The notes: generated by a model not told the origin, from the letters alone. DNA of 50,870 bases from a virus (IMGVR_UViG_3300042561_000324:1-50870); one strand, 5' to 3'. Numbered from the stretch's first letter, positions 39,003 through 47,817 are shown. Program-made: numbers and translations.

Positions 39003-39977
39003 ATGAAAAAGAAAGAACTAGAATTGTTTAGCCCAACTCAAGAGGGAGTCCTTGTCCCTCTGTCCACCTACCTCCGTCACATGGGGGAGTTCGTAAAAGA
39101 CGAATGGCCGGGGATCACGATCACCGAGACCCACATTAAGAAGGCGTGGAGCAAGCTCCAGAAGAACGAATATCTGGATGACGATGCGCCAGATGAAATG
39201 CTGGAGATGTATGAGCGTATGTCCGCCGACTGGGACATGGCTAAAGAGATGGAAGAAGAGCGTCAGAATGTAGATGAATACAAACCAGAGCCAATCACGG
39301 CCACACTGGAGCCAAAGAACGAATCCCTCGCCCTTGTGGAGAGCGTTAAAAACGGATTGGAATTGTCCTCCTTCACGCAGAAGTTCGACATCGGGCAGGG
39401 CATGACGCAATGCGTTCCCAAAGGTAAGGTAGAGATGAAAGACTGGGTGGCGGCATTCGCCTTCGGTCTGACTCTGGAAAGCGGAGCGCAATGGATCATC
39501 GGAGATTCGGTGGTAGCACTAGAGAATGGTGGGCATGAAGATGTAGTCAACCAACTCTGCTCCAACTTCAAGAAGTCCTACTCGACTGTCTCTGGATACG
39601 CTAGGGCTTGCCGAGCCTTCCCTACTGATAAGCGTGATCCAATGCTTCCGTTCACAGTCTACCGAGAGATTGGCAACGCTAACTTCGGGGATGATAAGAC
39701 CAACAAGAAGAAGCAAGACGAGCTTCTTGAGGCGGCGAAGACAGAGAAGCTATCCTCAACAGAGGTTCGCAACCGAGTTCGCCATGAGCAAGGTAAAGAC
39801 GATAAGCCATCCGGTCATCGTTACCTGCTCCTCAATGTCGGGAACTTCAGTAACTCCGAAGTCCTCCGCAATATGCCAGAGGAAGTCCAAGAACACCAAC
39901 TGCTGATCGACCTTGGAGACAAGTCATGGTTCGATCCAGCCGAAGGTGAGTGGCTGAAATTCTTGAAGGAACAATGA
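39003..39977 (+). CDS. LmbU-like DNA-binding protein
   Basis: AQWIIGD..KSYSTVSGYARACRAFP..R.PMLPFTVYREI..LLEAA..LSSTEVR follows the LmbU-family pattern as I recall it. Confidence 0.55.
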   Translation: MKKKELELFSPTQEGVLVPLSTYLRHMGEFVKDEWPGITITETHIKKAWSKLQKNEYLDDDAPDEMLEMYERMSADWDMAKEMEEERQNVDEYKPEPITATLEPKNESLALVESVKNGLELSSFTQKFDIGQGMTQCVPKGKVEMKDWVAAFAFGLTLESGAQWIIGDSVVALENGGHEDVVNQLCSNFKKSYSTVSGYARACRAFPTDKRDPMLPFTVYREIGNANFGDDKTNKKKQDELLEAAKTEKLSSTEVRNRVRHEQGKDDKPSGHRYLLLNVGNFSNSEVLRNMPEEVQEHQLLIDLGDKSWFDPAEGEWLKFLKEQ

Positions 39978-40228
39978 TTCAAAAAATCTTAACCAAGCTA
40001 TGCGTGTTCTCATCTGAACAACTCATAGGTATTGCAAACAAAGCGTTGAATGATAGGCAGGAAATCTTGGAGAGATCAGAGAAAGAGAAGGCGAGACTCC
40101 AGATAATCAACTCACGCTTGCTGGTAAGGCTTGCGATGACAGAGAGAGAACGCAACGAAGCTCAAGCAGAAGTGCAAAGATTAACTAATTTAGAAATAGC
40201 AAGACAACAAAACAAAGAAAACAAATAA
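39974..40228 (+). CDS. Hypothetical coiled-coil protein
   Basis: ATGA overlap; ERERNEA motif also seen in 50220-50432. Confidence 0.6.
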   Translation: MIQKILTKLCVFSSEQLIGIANKALNDRQEILERSEKEKARLQIINSRLLVRLAMTERERNEAQAEVQRLTNLEIARQQNKENK

Positions 40229-40230
40229 TC

Positions 40231-40509
40231 ATGTCAGAACCAACACAACAAAACGAAACCTCGAAAGCAGTTCTTGAAGCGTTCACGTTCATCAAGTCAG
40301 CCGACGAGACACTAAACGAACGAGTCCATGCAATGGCAAGCCTGTTGCACACGGCGGCAATGATGGTAATCAAATCAGAATCCCGCAAGGGTGAAGGGTT
40401 TGAGGCTATCCGCTACTTGGAAATGGCGTTCCTATACTACACCCAAGCACAATTCCGCAAACGCTTCGACAAGCAGGAGGAAGAGGAAGCTCCACGAATC
40501 ATCAGCTAA
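40231..40509 (+). CDS. Hypothetical protein
   Basis: 92-aa ORF closing the operon. Confidence 0.7.
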   Translation: MSEPTQQNETSKAVLEAFTFIKSADETLNERVHAMASLLHTAAMMVIKSESRKGEGFEAIRYLEMAFLYYTQAQFRKRFDKQEEEEAPRIIS

Positions 40510-40510
40510 A

Positions 40511-40526
40511 GTATCGTAACCGATAA
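40511..40526. promoter_or_regulatory. Dispersed palindrome GTATCGTAACCGATAA
   Basis: 1 bp after a stop; 7 bp before TTGACA (40534). Confidence 0.85.
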
Positions 40527-40533
40527 AAAGTAT

Positions 40534-40561
40534 TTGACATTAGCTTTCCATTCGCTAGAGT
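40534..40561 (+). promoter_or_regulatory. Sigma70-like promoter facing an ORF-free region
   Basis: TTGACA, 16-bp spacer, TAGAGT. Confidence 0.6.
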
Positions 40562-40565
40562 GCTT

Positions 40566-41062
40566 GTATCCAATCAAGTTCTAGCCGACTTGGGAGACTA
40601 ATTTTCAAACTGAAAAATGGGTCTGTTGTAGTCGGCTAGCTACGACAGGCCCAATTTCTTTGCCACCATTGGATCGTGTAATCGACGGGGATGCGTGAAG
40701 GACGCACCGAGACATAGGTCTGCAAATTTCGACGAAGGGATGGAGATAGAACGGCAATGACAATCCTGCTATCTTAATAGGCCAGCAATGGCGACTTCCG
40801 ATCAGGCTACGATAACAGCCAAGTGTAGGCAAAGGACAGCCATCGCACGAGGATCGGTTAAGCGAAAGGTGACTACGCTCAGACGAAACGTATGATTCAT
40901 TCGGCAAGTTTTCCCAAATTTTCTTGGGAGACTTGTCGCTCTGGTTCGGTCTCACCGAAACGCAGGAGATTCATTGATCTCCGAGTAGAATATATTCTGA
41001 ATAGTTTCAGATTGGTTTAGATAACAAAAAAACCAGAAAGGAATTTCTTCCAATCTGGTTTT
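40566..41062 (+). ncRNA. Candidate large structured ncRNA
   Basis: Lies between promoter and terminator, no convincing ORF, many stems with G-U pairs on the plus strand. Confidence 0.45.
41029..41062. terminator. Probable bidirectional terminator
   Basis: AAAACCAGA..TCTGGTTTT between convergent units. Confidence 0.6.
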
Positions 41063-41082
41063 AAGTTTAAGTGAAACTGGTT

Positions 41083-42711
41083 TTAAATCAGATTCTCTTC
41101 TTCATCTTTTGGAGCTAGTGAGATAGTCCCGTCAATTTCTCCATCGTTCAGCGTGTCCATACGCTTTAGCTTCTCGTCTAGCTTTTCGCAGATGGATTCC
41201 TCGATAGGAACACCCGCCGCGTAGATGAGATACTGGATCGACTTGGACTTACCGCCTGCCCTGTGGACTCGACCCAATACTTGTTTGAGATCGAACACGC
41301 TAGGCGAAGGCATGATTAGCGCAACCCGTGAGTGATTGCCATTGAGATCGTGGAGGTTCAAACCTTCCCGCGATGCCTGTATAATCCCAATAATGACTCT
41401 CGACTTATCATTCTGGAACGAATCAATCTTGCCTCTACGCTCAATCTCGTTCTGTCCTCCGTAGATGGCGCAATCGGTCTTGAGTTCTTCCATGAGCCAT
41501 TCACGGGTCTCGGTGTAGTTCACCGCGATGAAGACAGAGTTACCTTCTTCGATTAGATCACGCGCCATTGCCGCCACCGCTGGAGCCTTGAGCATTTCGA
41601 TTCTCTGTCTTGCTCTAGTCTGTTCTGCTAGGACATTTGCCGAGAAATTTTCCTGCATCCGCAACTCTTCGATTCGGTTGCAAAGGTCTTCATACTCATT
41701 GGCAATCTTCTTTGCGTTATCCATGTCGAAGGCTTTCGCCTTGATGAGCGTTTCGGGGAACGCATCGCCAAGGTCAGAGTGCCTCAACCGATTACCCTTT
41801 TCGGGGTAGATTCGGCTATGGAGTTTCTTCAATACTGAATTGCCTCCTGTGAACTGCATTCCGAAGCGGGTCTTCCTGCACCCGTTCTGTGATAGGAATC
41901 GGAAGTAGTCCTTCCCACCTTGGTGAAGGCCGAGGAACTGCCCGATTGCCCACAACTTTGTAGGATCGTCGGCAATGGTAGCAGAGAGAGCAATCGCAGG
42001 GATGTTCTGGATAACCGAATCACGGACTAGGAAAGCGTTCTGGGTAGCTTCACCTTTGCCTCTGTGAACTTCATCGAACACTAGCAGAACATCTTCGGGC
42101 AGCATGAAGCGGAAGGACTTTTTATTATCATCCGTCCAGCGTCCCATCTGACTCTTGCCAGTTTTGGCCCATTCCCATCCGCAGATTTCAAACACCTCGA
42201 CGCCCATCATTTTCGCGGCGCGATGCCAGTCTGTTGTGATAGGTTTGGGGCAGACTACCGCAACCCGCTTGCCAAGCTCACGGGCGATGCCGAGGGCGCA
42301 GAAGGTTTTTCCTACACCTGTGGAATGTCCGAGCAAGACTCGATTGTATTTATTCATCGAAGCAACACCCATCTGGACGGAGGTTTGCTGGTATTCAAAC
42401 AAACCTTCGGGGTGGAGAAGCGGAATCAGATCAAGCTCGGCGACCGCTTCGACTTGGTTATCGGAAACGATTATCTGCTTGAACTTGAGGTCTTCCGTTG
42501 ACCACCAAGACAAACCCCACTCTTCGCGGAACTTGCCTAGGGTGATCCCGGCTTTAGACATCTGCTCTTTGAAAAGTTCTTTGTCCTCGCGGTAGACCTT
42601 CCAAAACTGGTCGGTGATCGGAGCCTTCTTTAGAAGCCGAACTCCGCGTTTAGTGTTTAGCTGAATGGGATGCGACCATTCAACTGTTGCCATCAAATCG
42701 TGGATGTTCAT
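41083..42711 (-). CDS. SF2 helicase (SNF2/DEAH-like)
   Basis: STGVGKT, FDEVH, LSAT, EGLNL, QVLGRVHRAG; contains palindrome variant TTATCGGAAACGATTA at 42458-42473. Confidence 0.9.
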   Translation of the reverse strand: MNIHDLMATVEWSHPIQLNTKRGVRLLKKAPITDQFWKVYREDKELFKEQMSKAGITLGKFREEWGLSWWSTEDLKFKQIIVSDNQVEAVAELDLIPLLHPEGLFEYQQTSVQMGVASMNKYNRVLLGHSTGVGKTFCALGIARELGKRVAVVCPKPITTDWHRAAKMMGVEVFEICGWEWAKTGKSQMGRWTDDNKKSFRFMLPEDVLLVFDEVHRGKGEATQNAFLVRDSVIQNIPAIALSATIADDPTKLWAIGQFLGLHQGGKDYFRFLSQNGCRKTRFGMQFTGGNSVLKKLHSRIYPEKGNRLRHSDLGDAFPETLIKAKAFDMDNAKKIANEYEDLCNRIEELRMQENFSANVLAEQTRARQRIEMLKAPAVAAMARDLIEEGNSVFIAVNYTETREWLMEELKTDCAIYGGQNEIERRGKIDSFQNDKSRVIIGIIQASREGLNLHDLNGNHSRVALIMPSPSVFDLKQVLGRVHRAGGKSKSIQYLIYAAGVPIEESICEKLDEKLKRMDTLNDGEIDGTISLAPKDEEENLI

Positions 42712-43286
42712 TTTTCGATTTCAGAAATGAGTTGAGCAAGTTGCCCTGCTGTCAATTCACAAGGGCGACGAATGATAACCTTCTTACCTCTCACTTGGTA
42801 GAGAGCAGAAGGCGATTGAAGAACATCTTTTATTTCAGCAATGCTACGCTTGTCTTCAAGGTAAGCTCTTTGCGCTCCAATAGACCTGACTTGATCGCCG
42901 TCGAATGCTTGCTTGCATTGTGCGGTTGTCATGTTTTCTGGCTTAACCATGAGAGTTGAGGATTCCTTTCCTTGAATGACAAGCAACTCAACAGAACCCT
43001 CAATGATTCGTTTTTGCTCGGAGTATGGCAAACGAATTAGATGACGGGCCGCTGGATAGTCTGCCACCAATAGGCGAGGGAATAATTGCTTACGGCCTAA
43101 TTGCTCAAAGCGCGTCACAATATCTTCAGTCAGAAATTCCGAGGCTTCTGCAATTTCTTGAATCGTCATGTTCTGGTTATCCAAAAGGTTGACGATGATT
43201 TCTCCTGCTTTTGACCAGCACTCAATGCCTTGAGCAACGAGGCTGACGAATTCATTTACTTGGTTGTTTTGTATTTCGGTATTCAT
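42708..43286 (-). CDS. Hypothetical protein (possible DNA-binding)
   Basis: 192 aa; MTIQEIAEASEFLTEDIVTRFEQLG HTH-like segment. Confidence 0.7.
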   Translation of the reverse strand: MNTEIQNNQVNEFVSLVAQGIECWSKAGEIIVNLLDNQNMTIQEIAEASEFLTEDIVTRFEQLGRKQLFPRLLVADYPAARHLIRLPYSEQKRIIEGSVELLVIQGKESSTLMVKPENMTTAQCKQAFDGDQVRSIGAQRAYLEDKRSIAEIKDVLQSPSALYQVRGKKVIIRRPCELTAGQLAQLISEIEK

Positions 43287-43291
43287 TTTAT

Positions 43292-43963
43292 TTATTTGGT
43301 TTTGGTTTTATTCAGATGCGCTATTGCACCTAAAGTTTTGAAGAAAAGAATCGTTGATTCTTTAATTGGTTTAAGTTTTTTCAGTTTTCTGGCGGCGGAT
43401 TTTACGATTGATAATTTTGATATGAAATTATCTGAATCCATAAACTCGCGGTGATCTTTAATCCTATAAATTTCTGCAATTTGACCAGAAATAAATGCGG
43501 TTTTTAACTTTGCTGTAAATAGCTGATGATTCGGCCCGTCTCCCGCAATAAATATCCCATCTTTATTTTTTGGAATACGGCGAAAAATCCATGGACGAGT
43601 TGAATATGTAGATTCTTTAACCTCCCTCCATTGCCACACTAATCCGGTAGATGGACAGATGTATGGAGGATTGCAAACTTGAACTTCTGTAATCTCGCCA
43701 AGAAGTCTATTGTAATGGTCAACTGGCTCCTCAAAATCAGATGGCTCAACGCTTTTATCAAAAGCATAGTTAGACCTTCGATAAACCTTTTTATCTGGTG
43801 CGTTGATATAAGGCACAACCTCACTTGCTCGGAATGACGGGTATGGTGCGTCACCCCAATCTGATCTTGATCGTTGAGAGGCTACGCGCTCACCATCTTT
43901 GAATATTACCCTATCGTAATGAACATATGTGTTGGCAAACCTTGGGAATAGAATCAACTTCAT
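43292..43963 (-). CDS. Hypothetical protein
   Basis: 223-aa ORF in the operon. Confidence 0.7.
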   Translation of the reverse strand: MKLILFPRFANTYVHYDRVIFKDGERVASQRSRSDWGDAPYPSFRASEVVPYINAPDKKVYRRSNYAFDKSVEPSDFEEPVDHYNRLLGEITEVQVCNPPYICPSTGLVWQWREVKESTYSTRPWIFRRIPKNKDGIFIAGDGPNHQLFTAKLKTAFISGQIAEIYRIKDHREFMDSDNFISKLSIVKSAARKLKKLKPIKESTILFFKTLGAIAHLNKTKTK

Positions 43964-44142
43964 TTGATCTTCTTCGCCTCCTTAAGAGCATCCCTGCATT
44001 GCGCGGCCAGAAGCGAATCTGTGGAACCATAGGCATCGACTACGGCTTGGAGGGCTTGGACGCATTTAGTAAGAGCAGGGTTAGCCAGATAGGTTTCATG
44101 CACACGGAAGGGTTTTTGTCTATGGATTGCGTAGGTTCTCAT
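43960..44142 (-). CDS. Hypothetical protein
   Basis: ATGA overlaps with neighbours. Confidence 0.6.
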   Translation of the reverse strand: MRTYAIHRQKPFRVHETYLANPALTKCVQALQAVVDAYGSTDSLLAAQCRDALKEAKKIK

Positions 44143-44279
44143 TTCTTGGATTTCTTGGGTTGCGGTTTAGGATAGACCGAAGAACGGAACTTCGGCACAT
44201 TGTTATCGCAGTTGCGAATGATTCTGATATAAGCCTCCGGTGGGAGGCAGGTTGGTTGGTCTTTTTCTGTTGCGCTCAT
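44139..44279 (-). CDS. Small hypothetical protein
   Basis: MSATEKDQP after an A/C-rich leader. Confidence 0.5.
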   Translation of the reverse strand: MSATEKDQPTCLPPEAYIRIIRNCDNNVPKFRSSVYPKPQPKKSKK

Positions 44280-44352
44280 TGGTTTGGTTTTGGTTGTTGT
44301 GTTGTGGAGGGAAATTGTTGACAAAATGGCTTGCGTTTGTAAATAGTCAGCT

Positions 44353-44937
44353 ATGAACAAAACACCCGAATTGAATAGCGAAACGCTAGGCCGTGGAAGG
44401 CGCAAGAAATGGGACATGGATAAGATTGAACAGTTATTCATGGGCGGCGCGGAGATGTCGGACATTCTGAAATTGCCAGAGTTTAGTAAGATGAGCAGGT
44501 TCTACCTCAAGAACTGCATGGTTAAAGGAAAGTGGATCGACAAACGAAAGAAGCTCCGCGAATCCGTTGCAAATATCGTCGCCCCGAAGATGGAGGACTT
44601 GATGGCCGTGGAAACATCTGCGCATTATCAGTTTATGCTCAAGCAGATCGCGGAGGAACGTGCGCAAATTGACAGCAGATACAAATCGGGAAACATTAAA
44701 GACCAGTCCGCAAGGTTGGATGTTCTGGCGCAATATGAGAAAATGGCGACCCGTGCGTTGGGGTTGGATGAGAATAATATGCACGATAGAAAAGGTTTAA
44801 GCGTAAACGCAATGATTTCGCTTCATGTGGAAGGGCCGCGAAAAGCCGTGGAAGGAACAGTTGTATCCGCTGAATATGTCAAAGTGGAAAATCATGGCGA
44901 AAAAGTGGAGGAATCGGAAACGGAGAAATCAGAGTAG
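44353..44937 (+). CDS. Putative terminase small subunit
   Basis: N-terminal WDMDKIEQLFMGG..KGKWIDKR HTH-like segment, helical middle and short beta C-terminal segment. Confidence 0.5.
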   Translation: MNKTPELNSETLGRGRRKKWDMDKIEQLFMGGAEMSDILKLPEFSKMSRFYLKNCMVKGKWIDKRKKLRESVANIVAPKMEDLMAVETSAHYQFMLKQIAEERAQIDSRYKSGNIKDQSARLDVLAQYEKMATRALGLDENNMHDRKGLSVNAMISLHVEGPRKAVEGTVVSAEYVKVENHGEKVEESETEKSE

Positions 44938-44948
44938 TGTGGAGGGAA

Positions 44949-44964
44949 TTATCGGAAACGATGA
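44949..44964. promoter_or_regulatory. Dispersed palindrome variant TTATCGGAAACGATGA
   Basis: One mismatch; 11 bp after a stop. Confidence 0.7.
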
Positions 44965-45093
44965 AAGCCGCAGGAATGCGCGGGAGTGGAAGGGAAGGGA
45001 AAGGGTAGGGACATGGAAAGAAAACGCAAATGCGGGGCGATTAGAGAGAAGCAGGGAGACGGATAGAACGAAACCCCGCTTTGTGTGGATGGA

Positions 45094-45444
45094 TTAGAAA
45101 CTCGAAACAATGATCCCGCCGGAAAACTCGATTAGTTGCCCATGGTCTTGAATATATTCGCGGATTTTGTCGTCGAGCGTATCATCGTCGGCGTCATAGT
45201 CACATTTCACATCGTCACGCCAATTGTCTCCCGAGAAATAATCCTCCGCCCAATCCGTCAGGGAATCATGTTCGGAAAAGTCACAACGAATTGCGACAGG
45301 ATCAAATTCCATTTCTTCCCCTGTGGAATCTTCAAGTTCCTCCAAGTATTCGACAAGGGCATAAGCCCCAAGGCGAGAGAAAGAGGAGTTTTCGTCATTG
45401 GCGAGGATTTCGGCGGCGTGTGAGGTTGTCAATGTGGTTTTCAT
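45094..45444 (-). CDS. Acidic hypothetical protein (early-gene type)
   Basis: 116 aa, strongly D/E-rich. Confidence 0.75.
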   Translation of the reverse strand: MKTTLTTSHAAEILANDENSSFSRLGAYALVEYLEELEDSTGEEMEFDPVAIRCDFSEHDSLTDWAEDYFSGDNWRDDVKCDYDADDDTLDDKIREYIQDHGQLIEFSGGIIVSSF

Positions 45445-45499
45445 TTTATGTGTATTCTATTGGTTTTTGGTTTGATGTTCTGGAGAGGAACAAAGGTTT

Positions 45500-45658
45500 T
45501 CAGAGTTCGGGGTTTAGGTAAACAGCAAGCGCACCCAAGGCAACAAAGCCAGCGAAGCCAAGCAAAGCCGGAATCGGGCCAAGGACAAGGGTAAACGCGC
45601 AGCCCATACCAAGAGAAGCAAGGGAGGCGAACGCGAGAAGTGATGAAAGGATTTTCAT
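45500..45658 (-). CDS. Small two-helix membrane protein
   Basis: MKILSSLLAFASLASLGMG..LLGFAGFVALGALAVYL. Confidence 0.55.
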   Translation of the reverse strand: MKILSSLLAFASLASLGMGCAFTLVLGPIPALLGFAGFVALGALAVYLNPEL

Positions 45659-45662
45659 GGGA

Positions 45663-46088
45663 TCAGGAAAGGATGGATTTCGCGGACTCCACAAGGGAAG
45701 AATAGAAAGATTCACAACAAGCATCTTCCCATGCTTGGCACAACTCATCTTGCGCCTCAACGAATTCGGGCGTGTCTTGCCAATCTTCACCGAATAACGA
45801 TTCCATGAGAGAAGCGGGAGTTTCAGAATCGGCCCATTCACCGGAAAGGTTGGGAGGCTCTGGCAACTCTCCGCCCTCATCATAAGCAGAAAGGAAGGAT
45901 TGCGCCGTTTCCTTCTCGCCTCTTGTCACTCGCCCGCCCCAATTATCTTGGGCGAACCATTCGGCGGAGTTTGACCCTGCTATTGCGCCAAGGCGTTCGG
46001 CTTCCTTCTCCGCAAGATGCAGGTCTTTCTCAATTGCGTTTGCCATGGAATTGGCGTTGATGATGTCGATTTGTGTTTGTGCTGTCAT
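45663..46088 (-). CDS. Acidic hypothetical protein
   Basis: MTAQTQ start; PNLSGEWAD; E/D-rich. Confidence 0.7.
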   Translation of the reverse strand: MTAQTQIDIINANSMANAIEKDLHLAEKEAERLGAIAGSNSAEWFAQDNWGGRVTRGEKETAQSFLSAYDEGGELPEPPNLSGEWADSETPASLMESLFGEDWQDTPEFVEAQDELCQAWEDACCESFYSSLVESAKSILS

Positions 46089-46149
46089 AGAATTATGTTG
46101 TTTAATTTTAATAGGTTGATGTTGATTCTGGTATTTTCTGCCTAGCTGC

Positions 46150-46317
46150 CTAGCGTGCATTTTCCATCTTGGTGATCTTTGACTTAAGCGCACGAATTTT
46201 CGCCTGTTGTTCGACAATGGTGACTGTGGGAGCTTCACTAAATACCAGAGTGTGCAAATCATCGCGCATTCCGGCCAGCTTGGTTTTTAAGGCATGGATT
46301 TGATTTAGGTTTTTCAT
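46150..46317 (-). CDS. Small coiled-coil protein
   Basis: MKNLNQ start after an A-rich leader. Confidence 0.55.
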   Translation of the reverse strand: MKNLNQIHALKTKLAGMRDDLHTLVFSEAPTVTIVEQQAKIRALKSKITKMENAR

Positions 46318-47229
46318 GTGTGTTTTTCTAGTTGTTCGACACATTCACATATTCAAATATGATGATGGGTCAGGTTTTTTTCGTGTATCCGCACACCGGA
46401 ATTTCTAGCGTGCGAAATTATTTTTTCTTCAAAGAGCGATTGTGAATTTACCCGCAGAGCCTCATTCAGAGCCGTTCCGCGAACATCACGGGACAAACAA
46501 TATCATTTTCCACTCGATTGTCCATATTTATTTTTCATTTATTTTCTAGCCATGCCTAGCAAGAATCGTGCCATGCTGTAAACACGCTATTGTTGACACA
46601 CACGCAAGCAAGACCCATGCCAAGCCATTTTGGGCGATGCAATGCCACTTTGCGCCAGTCTCAACAAGTGTCCGAAAACGCGGGAAAACACCGCAATTCC
46701 GGTTTTTTATTGAGACTAGGAAAAGCGTTCTATATATTCAAATAATCACCCAAAGCAATAGTTGCCAGCAATACCAGTTCCGCCAATCTCATCAGCAAAG
46801 CGAAACACGATTGCCAGCCAGCCAGCGCAATTGCGAATCCATCCAGGCACGATCCTGTCACACGATACCAGCAACGCCACACGATCCGGCACGCTCACCG
46901 ATCCGACATGATACAACGCCACACGCTCACGGATCACAGACATGGCAAGACATAGCACAGCACAGCGCACAGGCATGGCACGCATGGCGCAAAGGAATCT
47001 CTTTTATATAGGGAGGCCCGATGGCATCACCGGGCTGCCCCGCCATGCCCGACTCGCGCAGCTCCAAATGCGGAAAACCCCTCTTCCTAGAAAAACTGGT
47101 TATTTCCCTCTTTCTCCCTCTTTCGCCCTATGCAGCTACGCTGACCCATGCTTGTCTTCTGTTAATAAAATGTTGTAACCATCCTTTAGATTTTCCTGTG
47201 ATGGTTTTCTGTAATCTGGTTTCCTTTAA

Positions 47230-47245
47230 TTATCGGTTACGATAA
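47230..47245. promoter_or_regulatory. Dispersed palindrome TTATCGGTTACGATAA
   Basis: 7 bp past the stop of 47253-47801; identical to the 47801 copy. Confidence 0.9.
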
Positions 47246-47252
47246 CCATCCT

Positions 47253-47801
47253 TTATTTCTCACAGGAGTAGATGGTATCTTGGAGTTTGAGTTTAGGGAT
47301 GATGGGGGTGGTGTAGCTATTATCTTGGAATGCTACTTTGTTTGTTGGTTGGATGGTTAGTCTTCCGTTGTCGAGTTCTATGAAGATGAATTCTTTGTCT
47401 TGGTCTGGGCTATCTGACCAGCCGTCGTTTAAGTGGGCGGTTGAGAATAGGTATTTACCTTTGTAGATGTTTTGGTTGATCTTTGCTGTTACTGGTAGCC
47501 CGGTTAGGATTTGGTTTTGTAGTATGGTAAAGTTGTATGAGTAGCAGTCCCAGAGTTGGGATTCTTCTATTCTCCATCCTTCTAGGGCGTTTTCTTTGAA
47601 TCTAACTGCGTTTGGTGGGATATTTCTGTAGAGTGCGCCGCCGTCTTTTAGGATGACGTTTATTCCCCATGCTCTGCTTGGTATACTAGTTATACCTACC
47701 CACATGGCTTCTACTGGCCCGATTGGCTTTTCGTGGGTATATTCGCTATCTATGTAGATGTAGCGGTGGGTTGGCAGTGCGCCGATTTTTGTGTAGTTCA
47801 T
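47253..47801 (-). CDS. Conserved-looking phage hypothetical protein
   Basis: 182 aa (GALYRNIPP, QLWDCYSY, LDNGRLTIQPTN); flanked by identical palindromes. Confidence 0.8.
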   Translation of the reverse strand: MNYTKIGALPTHRYIYIDSEYTHEKPIGPVEAMWVGITSIPSRAWGINVILKDGGALYRNIPPNAVRFKENALEGWRIEESQLWDCYSYNFTILQNQILTGLPVTAKINQNIYKGKYLFSTAHLNDGWSDSPDQDKEFIFIELDNGRLTIQPTNKVAFQDNSYTTPIIPKLKLQDTIYSCEK

Positions 47802-47816
47802 TATCGGTTACGATAA
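47801..47816. promoter_or_regulatory. Dispersed palindrome TTATCGGTTACGATAA
   Basis: Overlaps the ATG of 47253-47801; 1 bp past the stop of 47818-47901. Confidence 0.9.
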
Positions 47817-47817
47817 T

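Noticed and set aside
46568-47245. ORFs listed in the 46.5-47.2 kb region
   Set aside because: Non-ATG or weak starts and composition driven by nucleotide skew; likely non-coding.
924-47816. Dispersed palindromes as a CRISPR array or integron attC sites
   Set aside because: Copies are kilobases apart with no spacer periodicity. No cas operon or tyrosine integrase is visible, and they lack attC R/L box structure.
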